Assembly: GCA_051251915.1 (NCBI GenBank)
Contig: JBPOGF010000006.1
Location: 32,001-96,000, forward strand
DNA length: 64,000 bases
Origin: Akkermansiaceae bacterium
Lineage (GTDB): Bacteria; Verrucomicrobiota; Verrucomicrobiia; Verrucomicrobiales; Akkermansiaceae
Reading direction: 5' to 3'
Position numbers and translations under genes: made by a program. Below, piece after piece: positions 1-11,361 of the stretch. Position 1 is the first letter of the stretch. The number at the start of each line of letters is the position of its first letter. The notes under the pieces were generated by a model. That model saw only the letters and a program-made list of their open reading frames with translations, was not told where the DNA came from and made no database searches.

Positions 1-1665
1 CATGTAGGCTAGGATGTCTTGCTCTCGTCCCACCCTAGGCGCAGTGGTATGAAGTACTTCACGGAGGCCGAATACGCTTTCTTTGCTAAGACGTAGGATG
101 GCATTGAGGCTGGTGAGTTCTGATGGGTTGGTGTTTTTTGAAAGTAACTGTCCAGCGTGTAGTGCTATGGCGGCTAGGCTGCTGCCAGTTTCATCGTGCA
201 GATCACTAGCGATCCGTTCTCGCATTTGCTGTACTTGTTCCTTTGCTCGGCGACGACTTCTGAGAGTGATGTATGTGGCTATAGCGATGATTGCGAGCGT
301 CAGAAATGACACACTCCAGGTAGTGGTAGCTCTTGATACTTGCGAAATTTCTAGCTGTCGTAGTTTGAGCAATTGTTGTTCTTCTAACAGTTCTTGCCGT
401 AGTGCTAACTTAGTAACCCACTCAAAATGAGAAATGACTTTTCCTGTGTGCGTCATCCCATCATAGACAGAGGGTAAGGTCCAGTTTAGCCGGTCATCTG
501 AATCTTCAAATTTTTGGCTGAGCCGCTCTGGTGTTACCGTTGATCTATTAAAGTTGGCGGCAGGCTTGATGGGGATGCCGTGTAACATTGGGGTGATCTC
601 ACTGAGTTGGATGATAGCGTGGCTTTTGTTTGCTGGTATAGATACTTCAAATACGGTGATACGAATACCACTCACAGTGGTTTGTGCGAAGTGGGCGATG
701 TAGGGATTTAGGCCTGGGTTAGTGAAGGTTGTATGCTGATAGGTGTCTGAAATTCCGATGACCTCATTGTTAGTATTCAGTAGCTCTATCTTGAATTTGA
801 CAGGGAAGGACTGTCCAGGTCTGTGAATGATAGCGGGGTCTAGTCTAACGGCATCTAGGTCGGTGTTTTCTTGGAATGTTATTTCACAAATATATGGTTT
901 TCTGAGTATCTGCGAACTGGCTTGGTAGTAGATTCCGAGACCTTTTGGGGTTGCTGGACCCAGCTCAGGTAAGCCTAGTGGGGTTTGGACGTCGGTGAGA
1001 TAAGTTGCAGAGAAGACGATCTTATCTTCTCTGCAGGGGGAAGTTTTCACCTCAGCCAGTGGCGCTAAGTTGTCTTGGTCTGAGAAGATGAAAATCTCAG
1101 AGAAGCCGGCTCCATAGTGAGGAGTGCTGGTCTCTTTGGTGAGATTGGTGCAGGTGATTTCTATCTGGTTTGTATTCACTGATTCGAAGTTAACAATCTC
1201 AGGGAGAGAGCGTAGAATCGATAGTTGGGTGTTTTCTAGAGTCGTGATGGTTCTCATTTGCCCGTCAGATATAGATCTGGCTTTAATTTCTATTTTTCCT
1301 GGCCAGTAGGCATTTTCTGTCAGCCGCCCAGCCTTTCCGAGATAGAGCCTGAGTGGCAGTAGAGACACGGCGTTGATTTGGTGGGGTTTTGGCCACCGGA
1401 AGCTTATGGTTACTGACTCTTCAGGGGAGTCCAGCCAGTGAGAGAGGAAGCCACCAGATGCTGTTGGTTCACCTTTATAGGGGGTGGGGAGTTGATTTAG
1501 CTGTGTGGATATGGCCTTTAACCGATCGCTATTATTTCTATACTCTTTGCTAAATCGGAATGCCGCAGCATGTTCCCAAGTGGACTCCATAGGGGGCTTG
1601 GTTTCTTCTGCCATGGTGAGCTGGAAGAGAAGAAGAAGTAAAATGAGGATGGTGGCAGGTCTCAC
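1..1665 (-). CDS. Membrane sensor histidine kinase, HisKA_3 (NarX-like); runs off the left edge
   Basis: Not in the ORF track. GTG at 1665 gives signal-like MRPATILILLLLFQLTMAEE, a long extracytoplasmic region, a TM segment and the H-box RERIASDLHDETGSSL; directly downstream of a NarL-type regulator. Confidence 0.85.
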   Translation of the reverse strand, partial: MRPATILILLLLLFQLTMAEETKPPMESTWEHAAAFRFSKEYRNNSDRLKAISTQLNQLPTPYKGEPTASGGFLSHWLDSPEESVTISFRWPKPHQINAVSLLPLRLYLGKAGRLTENAYWPGKIEIKARSISDGQMRTITTLENTQLSILRSLPEIVNFESVNTNQIEITCTNLTKETSTPHYGAGFSEIFIFSDQDNLAPLAEVKTSPCREDKIVFSATYLTDVQTPLGLPELGPATPKGLGIYYQASSQILRKPYICEITFQENTDLDAVRLDPAIIHRPGQSFPVKFKIELLNTNNEVIGISDTYQHTTFTNPGLNPYIAHFAQTTVSGIRITVFEVSIPANKSHAIIQLSEITPMLHGIPIKPAANFNRSTVTPERLSQKFEDSDDRLNWTLPSVYDGMTHTGKVISHFEWVTKLALRQELLEEQQLLKLRQLEISQVSRATTTWSVSFLTLAIIAIATYITLRSRRRAKEQVQQMRERIASDLHDETGSSLAAIALHAGQLLSKNTNPSELTSLNAILRLSKESVFGLREVLHTTAPRVGREQDILAYM

Positions 1666-1696
1666 GAGCGGTATAGATTGAATCAAAGCAAGTTAC

Positions 1697-2359
1697 TCAT
1701 AGGATACCCATAGCAACAGCTTTATTTACTGCTCCGGAGACATTGTGGACTTGGAGTTTACGGTAAATTGTTTTGATGTGTGAGCTGATGGTGTGGATGC
1801 TGACTCCGAGTTTGTCCGCGGCTTCTTGTCTGCTGACGCCAGTGGACATTTGCTCTAGGACACCTATTTCACGAGTGGAAAGCTGTTGTTCATGTGAGGC
1901 GGGTTTAAATTTAGAGAAAGTAGCGAAGACCATCTGGGCAATTTCTGCGCTTAGGGGGGCGATGCCATGATAGGCGTCTACGATACCTTGGATGGTGATG
2001 TCTAAGTCATCTGACTTAATTAGGTAACCGGATGCTCCTGCGCCGAGGGCTTGGAAGACGCGGGTTTTGTTATCGAATACTGTCAGTACGAGGACTTGGC
2101 TCTTAGGTGCGGCTTTTTTAAGAAAAGGAATAGCTTGGATTCCGTCCATTCCTGGGAGGCCGAGGTCAAGGATGATGATGTCAGGAGTTGGGTTTCCTTC
2201 CTTAAGATAGTCTAGGATGTCTTCTACATTTGAAAAAGCTGCTTGGCAGTTAAGGAGGTCACTGGATGCCATCGTGTCCATGAGGATGGTACGATAATCA
2301 ATATGATCTTCCACGATACAAATATTGATAGGTTTCTTTGTTGGCGGTTTTTCAGACAT
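1697..2359 (-). CDS. NarL/LuxR-family response regulator (REC + HTH)
   Basis: IVEDH...IILDLGLPGMDG receiver motifs, GASGYLIK, C-terminal LSTREIGVL...HIKTIYRKL LuxR HTH. Confidence 0.95.
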   Translation of the reverse strand: MSEKPPTKKPINICIVEDHIDYRTILMDTMASSDLLNCQAAFSNVEDILDYLKEGNPTPDIIILDLGLPGMDGIQAIPFLKKAAPKSQVLVLTVFDNKTRVFQALGAGASGYLIKSDDLDITIQGIVDAYHGIAPLSAEIAQMVFATFSKFKPASHEQQLSTREIGVLEQMSTGVSRQEAADKLGVSIHTISSHIKTIYRKLQVHNVSGAVNKAVAMGIL

Positions 2360-2429
2360 ATTTTTTACATTATAGATGATGGGAGATAAATAATAGAGAT
2401 GAGACTAGTTTCAGTCAAGTCACGTAAAT

Positions 2430-2445
2430 TACCCTTTTCAGGGTA
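2430..2445. promoter_or_regulatory. Candidate NarL-type 7-2-7 operator TACCCTT-TT-CAGGGTA
   Basis: Inverted repeat between the divergent regulator and PEP-CTERM gene, 22 nt upstream of a TATGAT -10-like hexamer (2468-2473). Confidence 0.5.
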
Positions 2446-2537
2446 TATACATTGTGGGTGGATTAGGTATGATTATCGTCCAATTATAGAACTGGATGCG
2501 GAAATCCGTATTACAGATAATTACTAAAAAAGACATC

Positions 2538-3170
2538 ATGAAAAAAATTATAACAATTATGACAATAGCCACAGTAGCATCTGCTATACCTGCTTATGCG
2601 GCAACTGCGATAACGCAAGAAGACATCGCAACAGATGTGGGAGCTGCTTGGAGTGGATTTGAAACTGGCGACTTTGCGCGACCAGGTAAGAATGCTAATG
2701 GAGCCTTAACTTTCACTGGTTACGTGAGCTTCGATTTATCTGCTGCTGGATTGACCGCTGCAGAACTTGATCTTGCTAGCTTCAATCTTGCGTATGATGC
2801 TGGTGTAGCTGGTGGTAGCCCTTCAGCTTTTTCTATTATCTATTTAGGCACATATAGTAGTGGAACGTTTGGCGACGGTGGAACTAATAATCATGCATTA
2901 TTTACAGGTGCAGCGGCGGTTAGCACTTCTCTAGCAGCTCAAACTGCGACCACAGGAAACCAGAGTGCAGCAGTCGATTTAGATGATGGCAGCTTTGCTG
3001 AGGACCATGCTGTATTCAGAATGTCTCTTGATAATCCAGGTGATAATGCTAATGGAGCTCAGTGGGATCCTAATAATTTCGTTCTCACTGTGACACCTGT
3101 TCCTGAGCCATCATCTACTGCTCTGCTTGGGCTTGGTGGGCTAGCGCTTATCATGCGCCGTAGGAAGTAG
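2538..3170 (+). CDS. PEP-CTERM sorting-domain surface protein
   Basis: Signal peptide; C-terminal VPEPSSTALLGLGGLALIMRRRK. ATG 2538 preferred over 2496. Confidence 0.93.
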   Translation: MKKIITIMTIATVASAIPAYAATAITQEDIATDVGAAWSGFETGDFARPGKNANGALTFTGYVSFDLSAAGLTAAELDLASFNLAYDAGVAGGSPSAFSIIYLGTYSSGTFGDGGTNNHALFTGAAAVSTSLAAQTATTGNQSAAVDLDDGSFAEDHAVFRMSLDNPGDNANGAQWDPNNFVLTVTPVPEPSSTALLGLGGLALIMRRRK

Positions 3171-3211
3171 GTTGGCATTGAACGTTTCTCTTTGATTAGG
3201 AGAAAATTTTT

Positions 3212-3253
3212 ATAGCGGGAAGCGGATTTAATTTCGTTTGTCGCTATTTTTTT
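3212..3253 (+). terminator. Probable intrinsic terminator
   Basis: ATAGCG...CGCTAT stem followed by a T run after the PEP-CTERM stop. Confidence 0.6.
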
Positions 3254-3288
3254 AGTGTAGAAATCTTGGTGAAGGTTAGTTTAGCAGG

Positions 3289-4170
3289 ATGAAGAAAATA
3301 TTTAGCTATTCTGGATTTGTGTTGGCTTCGATGTGTATGTGCATGGCGGGGGAAGAAAATCATTTACCTGTTAAAGATGGGTTGGTGTTAGATTTGGATG
3401 CGGCTCGGGGGGTGGAGTTGGAAGATGGAAAGCGGGTGAAGGCTTGGGGGAATCAAGTTGAGGGGAAGGAAAAGGAGGTATTTGTGAAGCAGGATGAAGG
3501 GCGTAAAGTTGCGGGGTCTGGTCGGCCAATGCTGGTGGAAAATGAGGCGAAGCTTGGCGGCTTGCCTACGCTGGTATTTAAGGAGCAAGAGTTGATTAGT
3601 ATGGATGAGGACCGTTATGATCATTTGATCACGGGTAGTGGTTATACTTGGTTGTCAGTGATGTGTGTGTATGAGCAGCATAAGGGGAAGAAGGATGTGA
3701 ATTCGTTTTTTGGAAATTTGAGAAATGGGCCGCCTTATGATGGGATGTGGGGGTGCTTGATGGATAATAATCGAGTCTGGATGGGGACTCGTAATGGGTT
3801 GCCTTTTAAGAAGAAGGAGCTTTGGGATGCTAAGGTGAATCCTCTGGTGGCTAGTTCTAAGCCGTTGGTAGTAAATAAATATTATTTAGTGATGGGGAGA
3901 ATGGGGGCTGGGACTGAGGTGGTGGATCTTGAGTTGTTCGTGGATAAGCTGGTGCCGGTGGATCGTAAAAAGGTACCTGTGAGTCCAAAGGCGAATTCTT
4001 CGAAAATGGCGATTGGGCAAGAGCGTGATGCTGTGAATCATCCTGGGAAAGAATCGTTTCATGGGGAGATAGCGCGGTTTTTGATTTATGAGCGTCCTTT
4101 GAGTGATGATGAGCTGAAGGTGATGGCACAGTTTTTGGGAAAATATTATCGCCTTGAGGGGACAAGATAA
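3289..4170 (+). CDS. Secreted LamG/concanavalin A-like domain protein
   Basis: Signal peptide; GLVLDLDA start and FHGEIARFLIYERPLSDDE end typical of LamG-like jellyrolls. Confidence 0.65.
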   Translation: MKKIFSYSGFVLASMCMCMAGEENHLPVKDGLVLDLDAARGVELEDGKRVKAWGNQVEGKEKEVFVKQDEGRKVAGSGRPMLVENEAKLGGLPTLVFKEQELISMDEDRYDHLITGSGYTWLSVMCVYEQHKGKKDVNSFFGNLRNGPPYDGMWGCLMDNNRVWMGTRNGLPFKKKELWDAKVNPLVASSKPLVVNKYYLVMGRMGAGTEVVDLELFVDKLVPVDRKKVPVSPKANSSKMAIGQERDAVNHPGKESFHGEIARFLIYERPLSDDELKVMAQFLGKYYRLEGTR

Positions 4171-4183
4171 CGTAGATTAAATA

Positions 4184-5578
4184 ATGATTATGAAAACAAC
4201 ATTTAAAATCTGTATAACAGCTGGGGCGTTGCTCGCGAATTGTGCCTTTGCTGAAACGACGGAAGCGAAGAAGGCTGAACTGCCGAACATCGTTATTGTA
4301 ATGGCGGATGATATGGGCTGGGGAGACTCGGGAACTTATGGGAATAAGATCATCAAGTCGCCAAGTATGGATAAGTTGGCATCTAGGGGAATGAAATTTA
4401 CACAGGGTTATTCTGCATGTGGAGTTTGTTCACCATCACGTTCTGCGATTTTGACTGGGAGGACTCCCTATAGAAATGGTGTTTGGCGTCACCTATCTGG
4501 TAACCATCAGGCGCACTTGCGTACGAGTGAGATTACTTACCCTGAGCTTTTGAAGACAGTTGGCTACCAGACTTGTCATGTAGGAAAGTGGCATTTGCTC
4601 TCTAGGCAGCAATTTAACAATCCTGATTACCCTCAGCCAGGGGAGCAGGGGGGATTTGATTACTGGATGACTACTCAGAATAATGCTGAGCCTAGTCATA
4701 AGAACCCGAATAATTTTATTCGTAATGGTAAGCCGGTTGGAGAAGTGAATGGTTATTCCGCGCCATTTGTGGCTGATGAGGCGATTCATTGGTTGAAGGA
4801 TATTAGGGATGATTCTAAGCCGTTTGCGCTTACGGTTTGGTTCCATGAGCCACATAAGCCAATCGCGACTGACATTAAATTTTCTGAGATGTATCCTGAT
4901 GTGGATAAGAAGCTTAGTAAGTATTATGGGAATATCACTCAGTTGGATTTTGCGCTAGGTAAAGTCATGGACACGCTGGATGCTGAAGGACTCACTGACA
5001 ATACGCTGATTATTTTCACCTCTGATAATGGCCCTGTGGCAAGTGAGGGTGGTGACTCTGGTGGATTACGTGGGATTAAGCGTAGTGATTTTGAAGGTGG
5101 TATTCGTGTGCCATTTCTTGCTAGCTGGCCTGGACATATTAAGCCTGGAACTGTGAGTGATACTCCCGTGATTGGGACAGATATCTTTGCTACTGCGCTT
5201 GATATGGTAGGGGTAGAGCAGCCTAAGGATCGTACGATTGATGGTGTTAGTATGTTGCCTGTATTTAAAGGTCACGCTGTGGAGCGTAAGATCCCATTGT
5301 TCTGGCGCACGCACGTTTCTGGTGCGGATTGTCGGGTGGCTGTTCGTGTTGGTGATTGGAAGATAGTAGCAGATGAGACGCTTACTAAATTCTTGTTATT
5401 CAATGTTCAGGAGGACTGGCAGGAGAAAAATGATCTCGCTAAAGAAAATCCTGAGAAGTTGAAGGAGTTAAAAACACTACTTATCAAGACTTGGGAAGAT
5501 ATCTCAGAGGAGGGACCTAATGAGTGGTGGGAGTCTGAAAAGACGAAAGCTAAGAAAGGCGGCAAGGTTAATTACTAA
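4184..5578 (+). CDS. Family S1 sulfatase (Cys-type)
   Basis: PNIVIVMADDMG, CSPSRSAILTG, GKWHL, SDNG motifs; signal peptide. Confidence 0.95.
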   Translation: MIMKTTFKICITAGALLANCAFAETTEAKKAELPNIVIVMADDMGWGDSGTYGNKIIKSPSMDKLASRGMKFTQGYSACGVCSPSRSAILTGRTPYRNGVWRHLSGNHQAHLRTSEITYPELLKTVGYQTCHVGKWHLLSRQQFNNPDYPQPGEQGGFDYWMTTQNNAEPSHKNPNNFIRNGKPVGEVNGYSAPFVADEAIHWLKDIRDDSKPFALTVWFHEPHKPIATDIKFSEMYPDVDKKLSKYYGNITQLDFALGKVMDTLDAEGLTDNTLIIFTSDNGPVASEGGDSGGLRGIKRSDFEGGIRVPFLASWPGHIKPGTVSDTPVIGTDIFATALDMVGVEQPKDRTIDGVSMLPVFKGHAVERKIPLFWRTHVSGADCRVAVRVGDWKIVADETLTKFLLFNVQEDWQEKNDLAKENPEKLKELKTLLIKTWEDISEEGPNEWWESEKTKAKKGGKVNY

Positions 5579-5607
5579 GACTGATAACTCTTAAATCATT
5601 GGTGATT

Positions 5608-7782
5608 ATGAAACGTTTTCTACTAGTAGTGTGGGCCTTGGTGCTCGGTAATTTGAGCATTGTGACGGCAGCGGATAAAGCGGATTTTTTTGTAGCTCCG
5701 AATGGCTCAGATGCTTGGTCGGGAACCGTTGATTCGCCAGATGATCAGAAAGCTGATGGGCCGTTCGCCACACTAGAACGCGCCCGTGATGCTGTTCGTG
5801 AACTCCGCAAAATCAATGCGGGGAATATTACCGTTTTGGTTCGAGGTGGAACTTACACGCTGGATAAAACGGTTGTGTTTGGGCTTGAGGACTCAGGTCT
5901 AGAGAACGCATTCACTACTTACAAGGCTTATCCCGGTGAGAAACCGGTGTTCAGTTCTGGGCGAGAAATCACAGGTTTAAAAAAACTTACCTCTAAGCCC
6001 GCAGGGTTATCGTCCAAGGCTGAAGGTAAGGTTTGGGTGGCTGATGTGAAGGGGAGTTTTCGCACGCTTTATGATGAACAAGGAATGTTGCCACGGGCGC
6101 GTTCAGAGGGGTTTTTTCCGCTTGAGGGGAGTGGCCGGGATAGGCTGCTTTTCCCAGAAGGGAAGCTAAAGAATTGGTCAAATGTGAGCGATGTGGAAAT
6201 CGTGGTTCGTCCGCATCATGCGTGGATTGTGAATATTTTACCGGTGGTATCAGTGGATGAGGAAAAAGGGATTGCACGGACATCGATTGAGTCAACATAC
6301 GTGATGAATCCATTACATTTTCTTAAAACAACTCCATCTTGCTGGGTTGAAAATGTGCTAGAGGAGTTAGATGAACCCGGAGAGTGGGTGCTAAATACCA
6401 AGGAGGGAAAACTCTATATTTGGCCCCGTGATAATGCTTTTGAGAGTCCCATAGTAGCGCCTCAGTTGTTGGAGTTGATCAAAGTGGAAGGTAAGGTTGA
6501 TATTCAGGGACCGAAGGATATTCCTGTTCAGAATTTGCATTTTGAGGGGCTTACCTTTAAGCATGGTGAGCGCTACACGTTGACTAAAGAAGATGCAGGT
6601 CTTCAGCATGATTGGGATATGTTGGACAAGGACAATGCGCTGGTCCGATTCTGCGGGACGGAAAACTGTAGCGTGAAAAAGTGTCATTTTCTCCATAGTG
6701 GTAGCGGGGCGATCCGTGTGGATTTGCATGGGATAGGAAATACTATTTCAGGGAATCACATCGAGCATATGGGGGGCGGGGGTATTTTGCTCTGTGGTTA
6801 TGGACCTGGAACTAAGGATGTGAATAGAAAGAACATTGTTAGTAATAATCATATCCATCACGTAGGGGAAATCTACTGGCATTCACCGGGCTTGATGCTC
6901 TGGCAGAGTGGGGAAAATCACGTTATTAATAACCTCATTCATCATACGAACTATACATCACTCATCGTATCTGGATGCATGACAGAATTCTTCCGTAAGA
7001 AAGGACGCGAACTGGGGAGGACAATCCGCAGGGATGAGATAGGGGAGCTTCCTAAGAAGCTGACCATAGAAGCGGTTCGTCCCTTCCTGCATTCGCATGA
7101 TAACGTGATCGAGTACAATGAAATTCACAATGCCATGCAAAAACTAGGGGACGGGAACGCGATCTATATCCGAGGAGCGGGTGCTGGGAATGTGATCCGC
7201 AGGAACTACATTCACCATTTAGTAACTCCTATGATCATGCAGTGTGCTGTGCGGACAGATGGCGGACAAATGGACACGCTATTTTCAGAAAATGTGATCT
7301 ATAAGTGCACGTCCCAAGGCATCATGATGAAGCTTAATACACGGGTCGAAAATAACTTTGTGGTGGATGTGATCATGCCGCCGAGAGGATATTATCTATC
7401 TGTTCGTGAGGGGCCACTAACAGGTGCTACTATCAAACGAAATATTTTCTATTCATCTGACAAGGTGGAAGAGTTCATCAGTGAGCTTAAAGCGAAGAAT
7501 AAAAATGCTAGTGAAGACAGACGAGGCAGGAAAGTAGCGAGAGCGATGGATGCGGACACAGACTATAATATTTACTTCGCAGCAGGGGATCTCGCTAGTG
7601 GTAAGGAGATGTTAGAGAAGCAACGTGGAGATGGCGTGGATAAGAATAGCCAGGCTGTTGATCCGATGTTCGTGGATCCTGAGAATGGAGATTTCCGATT
7701 TAAGCCGGATTCACCTGCTTTGAAAATGGGTATTGTGCCGATTGATGTTTCTAAAGCTGGGCTGAAAGACGAGACTGAATAG
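5608..7782 (+). CDS. Right-handed beta-helix glycoside hydrolase, GH141-like
   Basis: FFVAPNGSDAWSG...GPFATLERARDAVR start, WVENVLEELDEPGEW, repeated NHIHH beta-helix coils, DPMFVDPENGDF end. Confidence 0.75.
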   Translation: MKRFLLVVWALVLGNLSIVTAADKADFFVAPNGSDAWSGTVDSPDDQKADGPFATLERARDAVRELRKINAGNITVLVRGGTYTLDKTVVFGLEDSGLENAFTTYKAYPGEKPVFSSGREITGLKKLTSKPAGLSSKAEGKVWVADVKGSFRTLYDEQGMLPRARSEGFFPLEGSGRDRLLFPEGKLKNWSNVSDVEIVVRPHHAWIVNILPVVSVDEEKGIARTSIESTYVMNPLHFLKTTPSCWVENVLEELDEPGEWVLNTKEGKLYIWPRDNAFESPIVAPQLLELIKVEGKVDIQGPKDIPVQNLHFEGLTFKHGERYTLTKEDAGLQHDWDMLDKDNALVRFCGTENCSVKKCHFLHSGSGAIRVDLHGIGNTISGNHIEHMGGGGILLCGYGPGTKDVNRKNIVSNNHIHHVGEIYWHSPGLMLWQSGENHVINNLIHHTNYTSLIVSGCMTEFFRKKGRELGRTIRRDEIGELPKKLTIEAVRPFLHSHDNVIEYNEIHNAMQKLGDGNAIYIRGAGAGNVIRRNYIHHLVTPMIMQCAVRTDGGQMDTLFSENVIYKCTSQGIMMKLNTRVENNFVVDVIMPPRGYYLSVREGPLTGATIKRNIFYSSDKVEEFISELKAKNKNASEDRRGRKVARAMDADTDYNIYFAAGDLASGKEMLEKQRGDGVDKNSQAVDPMFVDPENGDFRFKPDSPALKMGIVPIDVSKAGLKDETE
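5982..5995 (+). repeat. Dispersed 14-mer AAAACTTACCYCYR, copy 1
   Basis: AAAACTTACCTCTA, sense strand of the beta-helix gene (K-L-T-S). Confidence 0.8.
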
Positions 7783-7936
7783 TGCGTATGGATAGCGGGT
7801 GAGTCATCAGTTAGGCTCACTGGTTGTTACTTACATAAGATCGATAATATTTATGATTGTGCCGAATTGAGATTCTCAATAGGTTGGTCATATTGTTTAG
7901 TACAAAAACCTAGAAGATTAACTACCCAAATAATTT

Positions 7937-9775
7937 ATGAAAATAACGAAATACCTACAGCGCGGAATCATCGCGCTCGGTCTGACTACTGCAACCATAG
8001 CAGTGGCGGCTGATAAACCTAACGTGGTCATCGTCATTACCGATGATCAAGGCTATGGGGACATGTCCTTTACTGGAAACACTGCGATTAAGACTCCGAA
8101 TATCGATAAGCTTCGGACTCAGGGAACGTTGCTTAACAACTTCCATGTAGATCCAACCTGTGCGCCTACTCGGGCTGCATTGATGACGGGGAGATATTCT
8201 AACCGTGTGGGTGTCTGGCACACTGTTCAGGGTCGAAGCATGCTACGTGCACGTGAGACGACGATGGCGAATGTTTTCAGTGAGAATGGATATGCTACTG
8301 GTATGTTTGGAAAATGGCATTTAGGTGACTGTTATCCATACCGTCCGGAAGATCGCGGATTCCAGCATACTGTGTATCACATGGCAGGTGGTGTGGGTCA
8401 GGCTCCGGATTACTGGGGGAATGATTACTTTGATGATACTTATGTAGTGAATGGCAAGCTTCAGCGTTTTGAGGGGTATTGCACGGACGTTTGGTTTGAT
8501 GAGGGGATGAAGTTTATAAAAGCGAACAAGGATAAGCCCTTTTTTGCTTATATAGCGACGAATGCCCCACATAGCCCGAATTACTGTCCGATGAAATATG
8601 TGGAGCCATATGTAGGTAAGCCTAATGTGACTGATCCTGTATTCTACGGTATGATTGCTAACGTTGATGAGAATATGGGCAAGCTTATGGAGTTTCTGGA
8701 TGCTGAGGGTCTTTCTGAAAATACGCTATTAGTTTTCATGACTGATAATGGTTCATCAGGACCTTATTCTGGTAAGGGTGGATATGATGGCGGTATGCGC
8801 GGTATGAAAGGTTCTGAGTATGAAGGTGGCCATAGAGTGCCATTTATCCTACGCTGGCCAAATGGAAAGATTGAAGCAGGTAAGTCAGTAGAGAATCTTA
8901 CTGCTCACATGGATATTCTTCCTACGTTTATCGAACTTTTCGGACTTGAGACAAAGGAAGTAAAGTATGATGGAGCTAGCCTTAAAGAGCTGCTCTATGG
9001 AGATGGTGACCACTGGCAGGAGCGCACACTCGTAGTGGAGTCGCAGCGTGTTGTGGATCCTATCAAATGGAAGCAAAGTGCGGTGATGAATGACAATTGG
9101 CGACTAGTGAATGGAGAGGAACTTTATAATCTCAAGGATGACGCTAAGCAAGCAACTAATCTTGCTGAGCAGCACCCAGAAATGGTTGCGCAGATGCGTG
9201 GGAGTTATGAATTATTCTGGAATGATGTTTCACAGGAGCATGATCTAACAAGTTACATGATCATTGGATCTGAGCATTCACCGATTGTATCACTTTCATC
9301 CCATGACTGGCTCATTAATAAGCTTCCACCTTGGCATCAGGGACATGTGTCTAGAGGACAAGTAGCAGAAGTTTCTCACTGGGCTATTGAAGTGGAAAAA
9401 GCTGGTGATTATGAGATTTCACTTCGCCGTTGGCCTGTAGAAGCTGATAAAGGGATCAACGATGGAACTTACGGAAAAGCATATAATTACAAACAGGCTC
9501 GTATGCGAATTGCTGATATTGATGAAACTAAAGATATTCCTGAGGGAGCTAAAGAGGTTACATTTAAGGTTACCCTGAAAAAAGGAGTGACTGAGTTGTC
9601 TCCTATTTTCATTGGTCCTGATAATCAGGCGACACCGTACTATGCGTATGTGACTCATGCTATTAAGCCAGGCTGGCAGACTCCAGAAGGTATGGGGATT
9701 CCTGTGTATGATCCTAGTTATGGTCGTATCCCGCCACAGCTTGAGAAAAAGAAAGCGAATAAGAAAAATAAATAA
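7937..9775 (+). CDS. Family S1 arylsulfatase with C-terminal extension
   Basis: [33 protein letters not shown]. Confidence 0.95.
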   Translation: MKITKYLQRGIIALGLTTATIAVAADKPNVVIVITDDQGYGDMSFTGNTAIKTPNIDKLRTQGTLLNNFHVDPTCAPTRAALMTGRYSNRVGVWHTVQGRSMLRARETTMANVFSENGYATGMFGKWHLGDCYPYRPEDRGFQHTVYHMAGGVGQAPDYWGNDYFDDTYVVNGKLQRFEGYCTDVWFDEGMKFIKANKDKPFFAYIATNAPHSPNYCPMKYVEPYVGKPNVTDPVFYGMIANVDENMGKLMEFLDAEGLSENTLLVFMTDNGSSGPYSGKGGYDGGMRGMKGSEYEGGHRVPFILRWPNGKIEAGKSVENLTAHMDILPTFIELFGLETKEVKYDGASLKELLYGDGDHWQERTLVVESQRVVDPIKWKQSAVMNDNWRLVNGEELYNLKDDAKQATNLAEQHPEMVAQMRGSYELFWNDVSQEHDLTSYMIIGSEHSPIVSLSSHDWLINKLPPWHQGHVSRGQVAEVSHWAIEVEKAGDYEISLRRWPVEADKGINDGTYGKAYNYKQARMRIADIDETKDIPEGAKEVTFKVTLKKGVTELSPIFIGPDNQATPYYAYVTHAIKPGWQTPEGMGIPVYDPSYGRIPPQLEKKKANKKNK

Positions 9776-9781
9776 CAAGAA

Positions 9782-11353
9782 ATGATGATAGCGAAATTAG
9801 CCACAGTCACATGTGTAGCCTTGATGGCCACATTAAGAATAGATGCAGCACAGAAACCTAACATTATTGTCATTTACACGGATGATCAAGGATACGGTGA
9901 CGTCAGTGCACTAAACCCTGAGGCTAAATTCAAAACACCCTATCAGGATCAGCTCGTTAATGAAGGTATTGCCTTCACTAACGGGCACAGCCCTGCGTCT
10001 GTCTGCACGCCTTCGCGTTACGGACTTCTAACAGGTCGCTACCCTTGGCGCACCACTTTGAAGACTGGCGTTTACGGAGCTGAGCGCAAGTGTCTGATCG
10101 AGGATGGGCGCATGACGCTGGCCTCACTTTTAAAAGAAAATGGCTACCAAACGGCGATGGTCGGGAAGTGGCATCTTGGGATGGATTTCCCAGGGACTCC
10201 GGAAGACAGGGACTGGACAAAACCAGTGAAGGACATGCCTTTGGATAAGGGGTTTGACTATTTTTACGGTATTCCAGCATCATTGAATTACGGGATACTT
10301 GCGTGGTTCGAGGGACGGCATGCCAAGGTTCCGCCAACAGTTTACACAAATAAGAAGAACAATCCTCGATTCACTGATTATCGGATAATGCCTCCATATG
10401 AGCCGACGTCGGCTAAATCAAAGGATCCAACACGCCAGATTAAAACTAACTTTGAGATCGCTGAGGATTTTATTGATAACCAATGTCTCACTAGATTTAC
10501 AGATAAAGCGATCGAGTGGATGGGGACGAAAGCTGAGGATGCAAAGAATGGGAAACCGTTCTTCCTTTATCTTCCATACACATCACCCCATTTCCCAGTT
10601 TGCCCGCTGCCAGAATTCCATGGTCAGGGTGATTGCGGGGCCTATGGAGAATTTCTTATCGAGACAGATTTCCACATTGGTCGCATTCTCAAATTCCTCA
10701 AAGAATCTGAGCTTGATGACAATACGATGATCGTTTTTTCTAGTGACAATGGTCCAGAATATACATGGAGAGATCGCATTCCTGAATACAAACATCACAG
10801 TAGCTACGTCTACAGAGGAGGTAAGCGTGATGTCTTTGAGGGGGGGCACAGGGTTCCGTTTTTGGTGCGTTGGCCTGGTGGGATTAAGCAACCGGGTAGG
10901 ACTTGGAATGGTCCGGTGGGGCAGGTGGATTTGTTAGCGACTTTTGCTGAGATCGTAGGGGGGAAACTTCCTGATGGTGCGGGTGAAGATAGTGAGAGTT
11001 TTGCGAGTGTGCTGCTAGATCCAGGAAGTAAACATGAGCGTCTACCTCTGATTAATCACGGGAATGATAGACGATACGCGATCACTGAGGGGAACTGGAA
11101 ACTGCTTCTTCCGTCAGCCAAAGGTAAAGGAGGCCTCTATGATCTTAAAACTGATCCAGGCGAGAAGAAGAATCTTGCAGCGCAATTTCCTGATCGAGTG
11201 AAAAGTCTCCGCGAAAAAGCTACTGCGATTGTTACCAATGGGCGCACTACTCTTGGGAAAGCTCAGTCAAACGACACGGGATATTGGGAAGATCTGAAAT
11301 GGATCACTCCTGAGCAATACAACGCCGCTACGGCATCACCTGTATCTAAATAA
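9782..11353 (+). CDS. Family S1 arylsulfatase
   Basis: PNIIVIYTDDQG, CTPSRYGLLTG, GKWHLG, SDNG. Confidence 0.95.
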   Translation: MMIAKLATVTCVALMATLRIDAAQKPNIIVIYTDDQGYGDVSALNPEAKFKTPYQDQLVNEGIAFTNGHSPASVCTPSRYGLLTGRYPWRTTLKTGVYGAERKCLIEDGRMTLASLLKENGYQTAMVGKWHLGMDFPGTPEDRDWTKPVKDMPLDKGFDYFYGIPASLNYGILAWFEGRHAKVPPTVYTNKKNNPRFTDYRIMPPYEPTSAKSKDPTRQIKTNFEIAEDFIDNQCLTRFTDKAIEWMGTKAEDAKNGKPFFLYLPYTSPHFPVCPLPEFHGQGDCGAYGEFLIETDFHIGRILKFLKESELDDNTMIVFSSDNGPEYTWRDRIPEYKHHSSYVYRGGKRDVFEGGHRVPFLVRWPGGIKQPGRTWNGPVGQVDLLATFAEIVGGKLPDGAGEDSESFASVLLDPGSKHERLPLINHGNDRRYAITEGNWKLLLPSAKGKGGLYDLKTDPGEKKNLAAQFPDRVKSLREKATAIVTNGRTTLGKAQSNDTGYWEDLKWITPEQYNAATASPVSK

Positions 11354-11361
11354 TTTAAATC

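Noticed and set aside
83..430. 115-aa + strand ORF
   Set aside because: Antisense to the histidine kinase H-box region.
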